DNA of 64,000 nucleotides, from the IMG/VR virus record IMGVR_UViG_3300017761_005636, positions 1 through 64,000 of that record, one strand, 5' to 3'. This DNA comes from a virus (Duplodnaviria > Caudoviricetes). Both the position numbers and the translations under genes were made by a program. Shown here one piece after another: positions 55,372 through 64,000 of this stretch; the stretch's first letter is position 1; every line of letters begins with the position of its first letter. Below the pieces are notes generated by a model. It was given only the letters and a program-made list of their open reading frames with translations, was not told the origin of the DNA and made no database searches.

Positions 55372-56037
55372 ATGAGAATCAGAGAAAAGAAAAATCAATC
55401 ATATGACCGTTTTAGATATTTACTTGAGTTTCAGGTAAAAAGGGGCAATGTTATAGAACAAGAAGAGCCTGAAACAGAAACAAGTGGAGATATCTTTGAC
55501 CAAATATCAGGCGCAATGGATGGCAGACAACCTGTTGCACCTGCATCTGTTGATGCAGAACAACCTATTTCAGATGAAGTGGTTGCTGATGTGGATGTAA
55601 ATGATAACCAAACATTTGAAGATACAGCAAGTGATTTATTAAAAATTCATGCATCTAAAATTGATAACTTAACTCAATACATTAATGATTCTGTTAATAT
55701 ACTTAAAGTTTTATCACAAAAAACTAATGATATTACATCAAATGTTGATGAGATGGGTAATAAAATAGGTGAATTAAATCAAAGAGTTGATAAACTAACA
55801 CCTCCAACACCTCTTGAGTCTTTAAATCAAATGGTTAAGAATACAACAGGAGGGCAATCAATTGAAGATTATTGGAATGACTATTTTAGAAAACATGGTA
55901 GGGCTGATATGGTAAATGGTTCTATTTATTACAATGATAAACAATATGATGAAAATGAAAAAGGTATGACATCAGGTGTTTATAGAACTCCTGAAATAAG
56001 CGACAATCAAATTAAAGACATAATCAAAAATTCATAA
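55372..56037 (+). CDS. acidic coiled-coil protein, possible internal head protein
   Basis: N-terminal RFRYLLEF, acidic linker, coiled coil, PPTPLE.L. Confidence 0.65.
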   Translation: MRIREKKNQSYDRFRYLLEFQVKRGNVIEQEEPETETSGDIFDQISGAMDGRQPVAPASVDAEQPISDEVVADVDVNDNQTFEDTASDLLKIHASKIDNLTQYINDSVNILKVLSQKTNDITSNVDEMGNKIGELNQRVDKLTPPTPLESLNQMVKNTTGGQSIEDYWNDYFRKHGRADMVNGSIYYNDKQYDENEKGMTSGVYRTPEISDNQIKDIIKNS

Positions 56038-58016
56038 TGATTCTTAGGTCATATTTTAAAAAACAAGCAACATTAATAAGAAATTCTTTTACTAATAGTT
56101 CAAGAAATCCTGTATTTGAACTATCATATGGTGGTACAAACAATTCAGCTACCACATATGTTAGTCGCTATGTTTTTAATGTAGACCTAGACAATTTAAT
56201 TTCAAAAATAACAAGCAATACAATTAATCAAAGTACTGTTCAATCTCATATTTTAAAAATTAAAAATTGCATTTCTTTAAATGATGGTTATATTGGTGTT
56301 GACCTTATTACATCAAAAAGAGCAAGTGGTTTTGATTTAGCATTTATTAAATTAAACGAATCCTTTGATGAAGGAACAGGTTATGATTATATTTATAATG
56401 ATTCTCAATATAGAGAAGTTGAATTAAATAAATCATCAGCCAATTGGTATAATAGAAAAAATCCACAAATTACTTGGACACAACCAGGTGTTTTCTTATA
56501 TGATACTGATTATATTGATGATATAATAACATTAACAGGTATCACAACAGGAAATACACCAAATCAATTCATTGATGGTGATTTTGGAACTTTTGAAACA
56601 AATATATCAGGTATAACTAGTAATACACTTAATACTATATTAACATCATCAACATTATATAAATATAGTGGAAGCAGTTCACTATTATTAAAAAATTCTG
56701 ACCCATTAAATTACTCTTTTAATTCACCAACAAATACTCTTTTTACATTTACAACACCTTTAAGTATATCAGCTAATACAACATCAAGTACAATATATTC
56801 ATTATCTGGTAAATTTTTAGATTTAAATAGTTACACATGTAATTATAAAAGTATTTATCTTGATTTATCACCTAGTTTAGATAGTGGTATAACATTAAAT
56901 TCAAACATTGAATATAATTCATCATCAAGTGCAGCAACATGGAATACATTATCAAAAATATTTACAGTTCCTAGTGGATTTACAGGAAATACATCTTATA
57001 AATTATCCGTAAAGATAGATGGAACAAGTGGAGTTAGTGATAATTATAATTTCTTTTTTGATAATTTTGATTTTTCAACAATAGTTAAAACATCATATAC
57101 ATTTACAACAGCAGCAACAAATTTATCAATATTAACAACACAAAGATTTGAAATTGGTAATGAAGATATTGAAGTTGACATTACCAATTATGTAAATGGT
57201 ATATTATTTTCAGGACAACCAAATAATGGTATATGTATTGCTTATTCAGCAAATACAGAGTCATTAACACCAATCACAAAAAATGTTGTCACATTCTTTT
57301 CTAAGTATACTCAAACATTTTTTGAACCATTCTTAGAAACAAGTTATGATGACAGAGTAAATGATGAACTTTGTTGTATGAACTTTGATGTACCAAATGA
57401 TTTCTTTTTTGTTTCTCAATCACCTATAACTTCAGTAAATAAATTTGAAATAGTAGATTCAGATGATTTAGTTTATTCAAGTATAACATCATTTACACAA
57501 CTTAATAATTTTAATTACAAAGTTTCTGCCACAATTGATTCTGAAAATTATCAAGACCAAGAAATATTTACATACAAATGGTATTATATTCAAAATGGTA
57601 AATACAAAATTCTTGAAAAACAATTTAATATATCTAAAATAGACCTAAATGATGGTATGTCTTTAACATATAGTACAGAAGTATTTATAAATGTTTTAGG
57701 TATTAAATCAAATGAAATTATAACAAAAAAAGTTGGTGTAAAAAGATTAATTTTCAAACCAAAAAGTTTAATCCAATCAAGAATATTAAAAAATATAGTT
57801 GGTGACATTGAATTTAGAATTTATGTCAATCAAGGAAAGAATCAGATTGATGTAATTCCCTTTACAAAGGCTTCAAAAGTCAATGATGAATATTTTACCG
57901 AAATTGATTTTTCTTGGTTCATTTCTCACGATTACACAATAGAAATCAGAGGTTTAGACAGAAATGGTGTTCAATATCCGAACACGAATTATGTTAAATT
58001 TAGAGTGACAAATTAA
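56037..58016 (+). CDS. virion structural protein with DNRLRE-like domain and inserted carbohydrate-binding-like module
   Basis: SRYVFNVDL, SFDEGTG, NW....W..PG, VDITNYV...NNG..I, FFSKYT.TFFEPFLE..YDD; insert from about 56562 to 57077. Confidence 0.6.
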   Translation: MILRSYFKKQATLIRNSFTNSSRNPVFELSYGGTNNSATTYVSRYVFNVDLDNLISKITSNTINQSTVQSHILKIKNCISLNDGYIGVDLITSKRASGFDLAFIKLNESFDEGTGYDYIYNDSQYREVELNKSSANWYNRKNPQITWTQPGVFLYDTDYIDDIITLTGITTGNTPNQFIDGDFGTFETNISGITSNTLNTILTSSTLYKYSGSSSLLLKNSDPLNYSFNSPTNTLFTFTTPLSISANTTSSTIYSLSGKFLDLNSYTCNYKSIYLDLSPSLDSGITLNSNIEYNSSSSAATWNTLSKIFTVPSGFTGNTSYKLSVKIDGTSGVSDNYNFFFDNFDFSTIVKTSYTFTTAATNLSILTTQRFEIGNEDIEVDITNYVNGILFSGQPNNGICIAYSANTESLTPITKNVVTFFSKYTQTFFEPFLETSYDDRVNDELCCMNFDVPNDFFFVSQSPITSVNKFEIVDSDDLVYSSITSFTQLNNFNYKVSATIDSENYQDQEIFTYKWYYIQNGKYKILEKQFNISKIDLNDGMSLTYSTEVFINVLGIKSNEIITKKVGVKRLIFKPKSLIQSRILKNIVGDIEFRIYVNQGKNQIDVIPFTKASKVNDEYFTEIDFSWFISHDYTIEIRGLDRNGVQYPNTNYVKFRVTN

Positions 58017-58040
58017 ATTTTTTATTTTTTTTCACCAAAA

Positions 58041-58073
58041 TTCGACTATTTATAAATGAAACACATATATTTG
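58041..58073 (+). promoter_or_regulatory. nested promoters: TTCG-N21-TATATTTG host-type with late ACTATTTA (58045-58052) in its spacer
   Basis: Read directly, upstream of ATG 58118. Confidence 0.55.
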
Positions 58074-58117
58074 TTTTAACAATAAATTTTTATTAACATT
58101 TAAAATTTTTTAACATT

Positions 58118-58969
58118 ATGGGATTTGAATCATCCGAAAGAAAAATAAAGACATATATGTCTTTAGGAACAACAAAAACAAATGACAATAAAGTACTTTC
58201 AAAGTTCTTTGTCATTACCAAGAAGAATAGCCAAGGTCAGTATGAAAAACTACCTATGCTTGACTCAACCAACTACCCAAAACCTTTTTATGGGTTTTTA
58301 ACAAGGATTACACCACTACTTGATAATACAATTACAAGAACAGATGGAACAAGAATCCCTTCACCAAAAATAAACTTTGAATTTACAGATGATTGCGGTG
58401 AAATCTATGTATTGGACATTCCATTTATAACTCAAGATAAAAGAGTGTCTCCACAAATCTTTGGCTTTATTAATTCTCTTGCTGATTTAGCCGAAAAAAA
58501 GAAACTTGGATACATTAAAATGTTTATTAACCAAGCTGCCGATAAAAATGACGTAAAAAGATTTAATCTTTCTTTAAGATGTTCTACACAATGGACAGCA
58601 GGTAGTAAAAACTTTGGTATCTTTCAAGAAGATATAACTAAAGTTGATTGGAAATACAATGCAAAAGATATTCCATCATTTGAAGTAACTAAAACAGTTG
58701 ATGGTGAAATGGTAACTATTGACAATAGAAAAAAACAACAAGATTTCTTTTTGAAAGAAATTGAAGTTATCAATAAAGCAATTAGTGAGGCTAAATACGA
58801 TATTGGTGAGAATTCATCAGCATCTATGAATAATGCAATCACACCATCAGTCATATATGATGACGATGATGACACTAGTGCTGATTTTGAAATGACAACA
58901 TCATCTACAAAAGATACTAGTCCTGTATCAGTCAGTAGTGACGATGAAGATGATGACCTTCCCTTCTAG
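58118..58969 (+). CDS. single-stranded DNA-binding protein-like
   Basis: Heads the recombination/replication block; acidic tail ending DDEDDDLPF. Confidence 0.65.
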   Translation: MGFESSERKIKTYMSLGTTKTNDNKVLSKFFVITKKNSQGQYEKLPMLDSTNYPKPFYGFLTRITPLLDNTITRTDGTRIPSPKINFEFTDDCGEIYVLDIPFITQDKRVSPQIFGFINSLADLAEKKKLGYIKMFINQAADKNDVKRFNLSLRCSTQWTAGSKNFGIFQEDITKVDWKYNAKDIPSFEVTKTVDGEMVTIDNRKKQQDFFLKEIEVINKAISEAKYDIGENSSASMNNAITPSVIYDDDDDTSADFEMTTSSTKDTSPVSVSSDDEDDDLPF

Positions 58970-58981
58970 TTAAGGGTTTTT

Positions 58982-59041
58982 AAGGATACAGCACAATAAG
59001 TCTAACTCCCCTCTTACTTATTGTTGTTGTATCCTTTTTTT
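58982..59041 (+). terminator. long-stem terminator-like hairpin
   Basis: 20-bp stem with one bulge and one G-U pair, 14-nt pyrimidine loop, U tract. Confidence 0.75.
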
Positions 59042-59070
59042 ATGTACAATAATTAAAATAATTAAATATC

Positions 59071-60129
59071 ATGGGTAGAACTTTAATAAACGATTCCGAA
59101 GAAAAAAAACCAATCAAAAAGAAAGAGTTTTCATTAGCAGATTTTAAACAAAAGTTTAAAATTAATGATGAAGATGTAAAACCATTATCTTGGTTACCAA
59201 TGGGTAGTGCTTATCAAGAAGTCATTGGTCTTGAAGGTATACCACGTTGTGAATTAACATTGGTAAGAGGATATTCAGATACAGGTAAATCAACATTTGT
59301 ATATGCAGCAGCAGTTTCTGGTCAACAAAATGGTGAACTACCAATTATCATTGATACTGAAAACGCAATGAAGAAAGACCACCTTACAAAAATGGGTTTT
59401 GACTTTGATTTGCCTCATCTATATGTTGATACTGATTATTTACTTCAAAATTACGGTAAAAAATATAATAAAGAATTTAAAGAATCGTCCATTGAGGATA
59501 TTTCAGAATTCATGCATGATATATTAGATGCACAAGAAAAAGATGAACTTCAAATGGATGTCGTATTCTGTATTGACTCATTTGGTTCAAGTGATTGTAG
59601 AAAAACATTATCCGCAAAAGAGAAAGATAAAGAAGCAAATAATATGTGGAATGCAGGTGCAATGGAACAATGTTTTAAAGGTATTTTCCATCAAAGAATT
59701 CCATCCACAAGAAAAGTAAGTAAAAAATATACAGCAACCGCTATTGGTGTTCAAAAGATTTGGTTTGATTCACAAGCAGGTGGACAAGGTGTTGTTAGAC
59801 ATAAAGGTGGTGAATCAGCATATTCAGTTGCTAGATTAATCATTCACGTTGGTGGTGTAAAAACTAGAGGTGTTGAAAAGATTAATATCACTAAGAATAA
59901 AAAAGTAACCTCACTTGGTATTCTAGCACCTGTAAAAGTTGCAAAGAATCACGTTTCAAATATTTCTTTTGAAGGTAAGATTTTATCAACAAGTTATGGG
60001 CTTGTATTGGAATCAGAACTTGAAGAGTTCAAAAAGAATCACTTGTCCGAATTGCTTTCCGAAATCGGTGAAGATGGTGATGATGATGTTCAATTGGTAC
60101 GCATTCAAGATAATTCTAAAGAAGAATAA
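59071..60129 (+). CDS. RecA/UvsX-like recombinase
   Basis: Walker A GYSDTGKST, IIIDTEN, Walker B CIDSFG, KGGE, VKVAKNH. Confidence 0.9.
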   Translation: MGRTLINDSEEKKPIKKKEFSLADFKQKFKINDEDVKPLSWLPMGSAYQEVIGLEGIPRCELTLVRGYSDTGKSTFVYAAAVSGQQNGELPIIIDTENAMKKDHLTKMGFDFDLPHLYVDTDYLLQNYGKKYNKEFKESSIEDISEFMHDILDAQEKDELQMDVVFCIDSFGSSDCRKTLSAKEKDKEANNMWNAGAMEQCFKGIFHQRIPSTRKVSKKYTATAIGVQKIWFDSQAGGQGVVRHKGGESAYSVARLIIHVGGVKTRGVEKINITKNKKVTSLGILAPVKVAKNHVSNISFEGKILSTSYGLVLESELEEFKKNHLSELLSEIGEDGDDDVQLVRIQDNSKEE

Positions 60130-60359
60130 TGAATAAAGAACAACTAGAAGAAGAATTAGAAAAGTTCAAAAATGTTGATTATCGCATAGATAATGAAGGT
60201 TTAGAATATTGTTTTGTAAATTATTCAACTTTTTCAGAAATTAAAGATAAACAATTTCATAAATTAAGGGTACAATTACTCCTATCAATTTATAAAATGA
60301 AGGGATATGTTAGTGACAAAATAAATGAACTTGAATCTTCTTTAGAAGATAATGAATAA
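60129..60359 (+). CDS. small hypothetical protein
   Basis: 76 aa, TAATG coupling on both sides. Confidence 0.65.
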   Translation: MNKEQLEEELEKFKNVDYRIDNEGLEYCFVNYSTFSEIKDKQFHKLRVQLLLSIYKMKGYVSDKINELESSLEDNE

Positions 60360-61438
60360 TGGTAAGTAAATTCCCTATAAATACATTATTAATTGATGGA
60401 AACTACCTTTTAAAACGGTCTTTTAATGGTGCTAAACACACATTTAATGGAACTCGTCACATTGGTGGTCTCTATCAATTCATAATGCAAACCCGAAGTC
60501 TTGTCCGTTCTCAAAATATTAATAAAGTTGTTGTATTTTGGGATGGAGAGAACGGTGGTAAACTCAGATATGATATTTATAGAGAATATAAAGCAAATCG
60601 TGAAGGAAAAGAATGGTATAAAAAGATTGATTTGACCCCTTATGAACTCAGAAAACAACAGCAGGAGAAAGAATCATATCTTTGGCAGATGGTTAGAGTA
60701 AAAAACTATCTTGAGGAATTATTTATAAGACAAGTTCAGGTTGACCAAATTGAATCAGATGACATGATTGCATATTATTGTCAAAAGTATCATGATAAAG
60801 AGAATATAACTATTTACACTAACGATAGAGATATTTGTCAACTTCTTGAATATGATAATGTATCTGTTTATCTTGCTAATTTAAAACAGAATGTTACCAA
60901 AAAAAATTACTATCTTCTTTTCAAACATCACTATAGTAATCTCACAGTTATTAAAACTATGTGTGGGGATGATTCTGATAATATTAGTGGTATTGATGGT
61001 TTGGGCGAAAACACTCTTCTCAAGCATTTTCCAAAGATTCAAACTCAAAAAGTCAAAGCAGCAACTATTATTAGAGAAGCAAGAGAAATAAATGAACAAC
61101 GAATCACCAATAAAAAGAAACCTCTTAAAGTTCTTGAAAATATTGTTGAAGGCGTTTTCAAAACATATGGTAAGATAGGTTTAGAACAATATAAATTAAA
61201 TTATAAAATAATTAATTTGCTTGAACCATTTCTTACAAAAGAAGCAATGGCAGAATTAGTACTTGTAGCAGAAGAACCATTAGACCCAAATGGTAGAGGT
61301 GAAGAGAATTTATTAAAAATGATGACAGAAGATGCATATCTTGAAAATTATAATGCAGATTTTTTAAGATTTCATGAACCCTTTTACCCCGTTATTTTAA
61401 GAGAAAAAGATTTTTTTAAAAAAAAATCATATATTTGA
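60359..61438 (+). CDS. 5'-3' exonuclease / RNase H (T4 rnh, Pol I N-domain-like)
   Basis: LLIDGN, VFWDG, YKANR, ESDDMIA, NDRDICQL, GDDSDNISGIDGLGE.T. Confidence 0.93.
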   Translation: MVSKFPINTLLIDGNYLLKRSFNGAKHTFNGTRHIGGLYQFIMQTRSLVRSQNINKVVVFWDGENGGKLRYDIYREYKANREGKEWYKKIDLTPYELRKQQQEKESYLWQMVRVKNYLEELFIRQVQVDQIESDDMIAYYCQKYHDKENITIYTNDRDICQLLEYDNVSVYLANLKQNVTKKNYYLLFKHHYSNLTVIKTMCGDDSDNISGIDGLGENTLLKHFPKIQTQKVKAATIIREAREINEQRITNKKKPLKVLENIVEGVFKTYGKIGLEQYKLNYKIINLLEPFLTKEAMAELVLVAEEPLDPNGRGEENLLKMMTEDAYLENYNADFLRFHEPFYPVILREKDFFKKKSYI

Positions 61439-61460
61439 ATAAAGCTAAGTGATTTTTAAA

Positions 61461-62261
61461 ATGAATAAAAACTATTTCAAGTTTTCCCTCTCTTATAGAG
61501 ACAAAGTTGTATCGGAAAGAATTTTTGATGCTGATTGTTATAATCCACAAATTAGACAAATGGTCAATATCAAGGATTTAGTTCCTGAAATCCGTAAAGT
61601 TTTACAAAAGGTATTATCAACACCAAGTCAAAAACTTTCAAATGAGTATTATACTGGTTTTAATAAAAACAATAAACCTGTCACAATTAAGATTGATGAT
61701 TTAAAAGATAAGAAACTTAATCATAGATTTCAATATCTTAAAGAAAAGCATAAAACAAACACATCCTCTATTAAGGATAAAAATATTAATAAGGTTTCAA
61801 TTGAAAGTAATCTTAGTAAGATTAATGACAAGTATATGATTGTTATTTCTTTGAGAGATGGTTCTACTGAACTTTTTTACAAGAAAAATATTCAAGTGCT
61901 TGAAGATTCTGTTAAAGATGTACAAGCAAAATCAAGTATTCCTTTTGCAAATATTAGACAAATTGAATTTGTTGAAGAACTTCAATTCGACTTTGCACTT
62001 TACTTTAATGATAATTATGTCATTCAAAGAAAGTTTACTGTTTTTAATTTTAATCCTGATTCTTTTCTTTCCGAAGAATTTATCAGAATCAATAATGACA
62101 TTTGCAATGTGATTAAAAATCATATTAAAAAAGAAGATATTAAAATGCAATATGCTGATTATGAAATTATGCAAAAACATGATATATCTTTCAATGATTT
62201 GAAGGTATTATCTCAAGATGAGAAGAAAAAACTTCTTAGAATGGATTACATCCTAAATTAA
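61461..62261 (+). CDS. hypothetical protein
   Basis: ORF between exonuclease and helicase; ATG 61461 (or GTG 61449). Confidence 0.7.
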   Translation: MNKNYFKFSLSYRDKVVSERIFDADCYNPQIRQMVNIKDLVPEIRKVLQKVLSTPSQKLSNEYYTGFNKNNKPVTIKIDDLKDKKLNHRFQYLKEKHKTNTSSIKDKNINKVSIESNLSKINDKYMIVISLRDGSTELFYKKNIQVLEDSVKDVQAKSSIPFANIRQIEFVEELQFDFALYFNDNYVIQRKFTVFNFNPDSFLSEEFIRINNDICNVIKNHIKKEDIKMQYADYEIMQKHDISFNDLKVLSQDEKKKLLRMDYILN

Positions 62262-62291
62262 TTTTAAACTTTTAATTTTTTATTAACAATA

Positions 62292-63746
62292 ATGCGTAAT
62301 AACATGTTATCGCTAGGTTCTGATAGACATCAGAGAAGAATACTATTTCATATTTTTTATAGTGACTTCCCTAAAGATGTTATTCTAAAACTAGAATCGA
62401 GTCATTTTACAGAAGAAAAACATAAAATTATTTTTTCATTAATTAAACAATATGTAGAAGAATATACCAATCTTCCCACATTAAGAAACATTGGTGAAAT
62501 TATTAAAGCAAATAAAAATCATACAAAAGAACAAAAAGATGCTTGGATAAATGAGTTATCTAGCATCCATAAAGATTATAAAAATCTTCTTGATGGAAAT
62601 GAAAGAAATGATTTTGATTTCATTAAAAAAACAACAAATGCATTTATTCAGGTTCAAGAACTGAAGAATCTTTCAGAAGGTGATATTAGAAATATTGTTG
62701 AAAGCAATGATTTACTATTACTTGATAAAGTCCTTGAAAAAATGCGTAAAATCATTAACATCGGTACTGAAGATGAAGACCCTGATGATATTGATGATAT
62801 TGATGAAACACTCTTTACACAGCGTTATAGAGACTTTATTCAAACAGGTCTTGCAGAGGTTGATAAAATTATTACAGGACTACCAAAGGGTAAATTAGGT
62901 ATTCTTATTGCAGGTCAAGGTGTGGGTAAGTCTACTGTTCTTGCAAGTTTTTCTGTTAATGCTTTTAAACAAGGTAAAAAAGTATTACATATTATCTTTG
63001 GTGAAAACGAAACTAGAGATATCAAATTACTTGTATCAACTGCATTGACAGGTATCTCTTTTAGAGATGCTCAAAAGAATCCTGAAAAAGCAGCAAAAAG
63101 AGCAAATGAGGAAATTGAAAAGATTAAATCAAAACAACTTGGCCTAATCAAAATAAAAAGATTCCCATCGAGCGAAATGACAGTTCCTAAGTTGAAGAAT
63201 TGGGTTATTAAGTATCAACAAAAGGTTGGTTATAAATTTGACCAAATCAATATTGACTATGTTGATGAGATGATTTCACATCTTTCAAATCAAAATAATC
63301 CATATCAAGGTGAAAAAGAAGTTGTTGGAGGTATTTTGGATATGCTTGTTGAGTTTGATATCTGCGGATGGACAGCAACACAAGCAAAAAAAGAATCTAA
63401 TAACAAAAAACGACTCGATTTGAATGATTCAGGTGGTTCTGTTGCTAAAGTAAAGAAAGCACAAGTAGTTATTACCATTGGTCGTGATTCGGATGATAGA
63501 AATAATAATCGTGCTACATTCCACTTAGCAAAATCAAACATCTCTCCATCAGGACATTATTTTGAGGATTCTACTTTTGATACTGCTCATATGAGATTTG
63601 AATTAACTCCACCAACAGGTTCAGTTATTGAAGAATTTGATGATGATGAGATTATTGATAGTGATTATGAAATTGTAGATAATAATAAACAATTATTGAC
63701 TGCAAATAGTAAACCATCCGAAATAGACCTGTTAAAATCTTTATGA
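62292..63746 (+). CDS. DnaB/gp41-like replicative helicase
   Basis: AGQGVGKST, GEN, IDYVD, WTATQ, V.ITIGR, LAKS. Confidence 0.92.
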   Translation: MRNNMLSLGSDRHQRRILFHIFYSDFPKDVILKLESSHFTEEKHKIIFSLIKQYVEEYTNLPTLRNIGEIIKANKNHTKEQKDAWINELSSIHKDYKNLLDGNERNDFDFIKKTTNAFIQVQELKNLSEGDIRNIVESNDLLLLDKVLEKMRKIINIGTEDEDPDDIDDIDETLFTQRYRDFIQTGLAEVDKIITGLPKGKLGILIAGQGVGKSTVLASFSVNAFKQGKKVLHIIFGENETRDIKLLVSTALTGISFRDAQKNPEKAAKRANEEIEKIKSKQLGLIKIKRFPSSEMTVPKLKNWVIKYQQKVGYKFDQINIDYVDEMISHLSNQNNPYQGEKEVVGGILDMLVEFDICGWTATQAKKESNNKKRLDLNDSGGSVAKVKKAQVVITIGRDSDDRNNNRATFHLAKSNISPSGHYFEDSTFDTAHMRFELTPPTGSVIEEFDDDEIIDSDYEIVDNNKQLLTANSKPSEIDLLKSL

Positions 63747-64000
63747 TAGATGACAATCTATACTTTTATAGAACAAAAACACCCTCAACAAAAGAGGGTG
63801 TTCTTGCTTTACAAAGATGGAAAGAAGATTTAATGCTTGATTTGCCAAATGAACATATGGCATTGAAGCTTGAATCAATGCATAATTATATTTATGATAA
63901 TTTTTATAATAGAAAGGAACTTAGAAATTCAAAAAGAGTTATAAATTTTATTTATGATTTGTTTTTTGAACTTTATAGTAGAAATAATTATTTAAATCAA
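63743..64000 (+). CDS. hypothetical protein, 3'-truncated by the window
   Basis: ATGA overlap with the helicase stop; frame MIDDNLYFYRTKTPSTKEG... stays open to 64000. Confidence 0.6.
   Translation, partial: MIDDNLYFYRTKTPSTKEGVLALQRWKEDLMLDLPNEHMALKLESMHNYIYDNFYNRKELRNSKRVINFIYDLFFELYSRNNYLNQ
63778..63802. terminator. 9-bp hairpin inside the 5' end of the last ORF
   Basis: aacaccctc-aacaaaa-gagggtgtt. Confidence 0.4.

Noticed and set aside
42289-63541. Remaining short overlapping ORFs (e.g. 42289, 43210, 45245, 45522, 46649, 47174, 47509, 48293, 49492, 55153, 57590, 58624, 59528, 59939, 60410, 60881, 60891, 61858, 61932, 62680, 63305)
   Set aside because: Shadows of supported CDSs.
1-64000. 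Stop-codon reassignment (as in Lak or some crAss-like phages)
   Set aside because: Code 11 gives intact ORFs up to 1514 aa and near-complete coding density; TAA, TAG and TGA all end conserved genes at expected positions.
1-64000. tRNA, rRNA or large ncRNA genes
   Set aside because: All intergenic gaps are about 135 nt or less and AT-rich; no cloverleaf or T-loop motif seen by eye (tRNAscan/Infernal not run).
1-64000. Eukaryotic giant virus, prophage, or bacterial T6SS/eCIS locus
   Set aside because: A gp23-type capsid, neck genes, sigma factors and a replication set indicate a bacteriophage; no integrase or host flanks are present.

Overview
A very AT-rich, densely coding 64-kb segment of a large lytic T4-like (contractile-tailed, probably jumbo) phage genome. 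It uses the standard genetic code and shows no tRNA, rRNA, CRISPR array, integrase, intron or intein. Structural genes are the prohead scaffold (5'-truncated), gp23-type major capsid, neck gp13/gp14-like, sheath, tube, gp5-like spike, gp6, gp25, wedge/fibre-attachment paralogs, tail chaperone, tape measure and a hub-M23 fusion. They are broken into alternating-strand blocks and interleaved with replication and auxiliary genes: nrdA/nrdB, phoH, Hsp20, two sigma factors, a primase-like protein, 3'-5' and 5'-3' exonucleases, RuvC-like, SSB-like, RecA-like and DnaB-like proteins, a glycosyltransferase and a ParB-like protein. A Bacteroidota host is inferred from a short RpoD-like sigma, TAnnTTTG promoters and SD-less leaders. 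The most notable observations are: (1) an intergenic ACTATTTA motif upstream of late genes, four times arranged as inverted pairs between divergent genes, next to an RpoD-like sigma with a degenerate region 4.2; (2) a candidate +1/-2 programmed frameshift in the tail chaperone; (3) a tandem winged-helix Rep-like gene with an AT-rich repeat tract inserted between tape measure and hub; (4) a split duplicate of a tail-fibre-attachment domain; (5) several enzymes with degenerate active sites; (6) a Glu-ligand NrdB; (7) an unannotated 23-aa CGC peptide coupled to a CxxC membrane protein. All family assignments come from motif recognition by eye; no database search was run.
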